Assembly: GCA_040954595.2 (NCBI GenBank)
Contig: CM082595.2
Span: forward strand, 8,941,410-9,005,409
DNA: 64,000 nucleotides
Reading direction: 5' to 3'
From: Balanoglossus misakiensis
Lineage: Eukaryota > Animalia > Hemichordata
Part shown: positions 63,601-64,000 of the stretch, piece by piece
How the letters are laid out: each line of letters opens with the position of its first letter
How positions within the stretch are numbered: the first letter of the stretch is position 1
Position numbers and translations under genes: made by a program
The notes under the pieces: generated by a model
What the model saw: only the letters and a program-made list of their open reading frames with translations
Told to the model about the DNA's origin: nothing
Databases searched by the model: none

Positions 63601-64000
63601 AAATCTCAAATTTTCGTCGATTTTTGAAAAAAATCATGGGGGAAAATGATCAAAAAATGACAAATTTTCGACTGCAAAATTTCAAAATATCGTCAATTTT
63701 GAAAAATCATGGGTGAAAATCATCAAAAAATGACAAATTTCGACTGCAAAAACTCAAAATTTCATTAATTTTGAAAAAATCATGGGTGAAAATCATCAAA
63801 AAATGACAAATTTTCCTCTTTGCAAAATCTATAAATTTCGTCGATTTTTGAATAATTTTCAACTTTGCAAAATCTCAAAATTTCGTCGATTTTTTGAAAA
63901 AATCATGGTTGAAAAATCATCAAAAATGACAAATTTTCGACTGCAAAATCTCAAAATTTCGTCGATTTTTGAAATAAATCATTGTTGAAAATTATCAAAA
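27675..64000 (-). repeat. Satellite block B: same 78-bp family in inverted orientation, with nested duplications, running off the window end
   Basis: On + it reads ATGGGTGAAAATCATCAAAAAATGACAAATTTTCGACTTTGCAAAATCTCAAAATTTCGTCGATTTTTGAAAAAAATC, the reverse complement of block A. Marker ORFs recur at offsets of 667, 945, 2933, 4047, 5002 and 10572 bp. Confidence 0.97.

Noticed and set aside
12787-63988. Well over a hundred ORFs with repeats such as MGENHQKMTNFRLCKISKFRRFLKKI
   Set aside because: The monomer is 78 bp (26 codons) with a stop-free frame, and frames break at random homopolymer indels. There is no evidence of coding selection.
12660-64000. CRISPR-like repeat-spacer array or encoded information in the variants
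   Set aside because: There are no unique spacers or cas genes. Variation consists of point changes and indels propagated by duplication.

Overview
This is AT-rich eukaryotic (animal-like) DNA, with spliceosomal introns and metazoan-type transposons. No ordinary host gene, RNA gene or CRISPR array could be supported. The first ~12.6 kb is transposon-dense. It holds a decayed Ty3/gypsy pol fragment with integrase upstream of RT (Gmr1-type order), several non-autonomous DNA elements (AcademH-like with a perfect 9-bp TSD, a nested Kolobok-like element, a TA-flanked MITE, two ~110-bp palindromic mini-elements) and a complete 5,371-bp DNA transposon (5805-11175). That element is the most notable feature. 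It has CAC...GTG ends, a TAA duplication and bipartite RSS-like TIRs (15-bp block, variable spacer, GCAGTATT block). It carries a spliced, nonsense-mutated RAG1/Transib/Chapaev-type DDE transposase and a convergent, intact 217-aa gene of unrecognised family in the position RAG2L holds in ProtoRAG. From ~12,660 to the end (>51 kb) the window is a 78-bp satellite with higher-order repeats. It switches strand at a perfect spacerless palindrome centred on 27674/27675. All ORFs in the satellite are repeat artefacts. Family assignments rest on motif recognition by eye; no searches were run.
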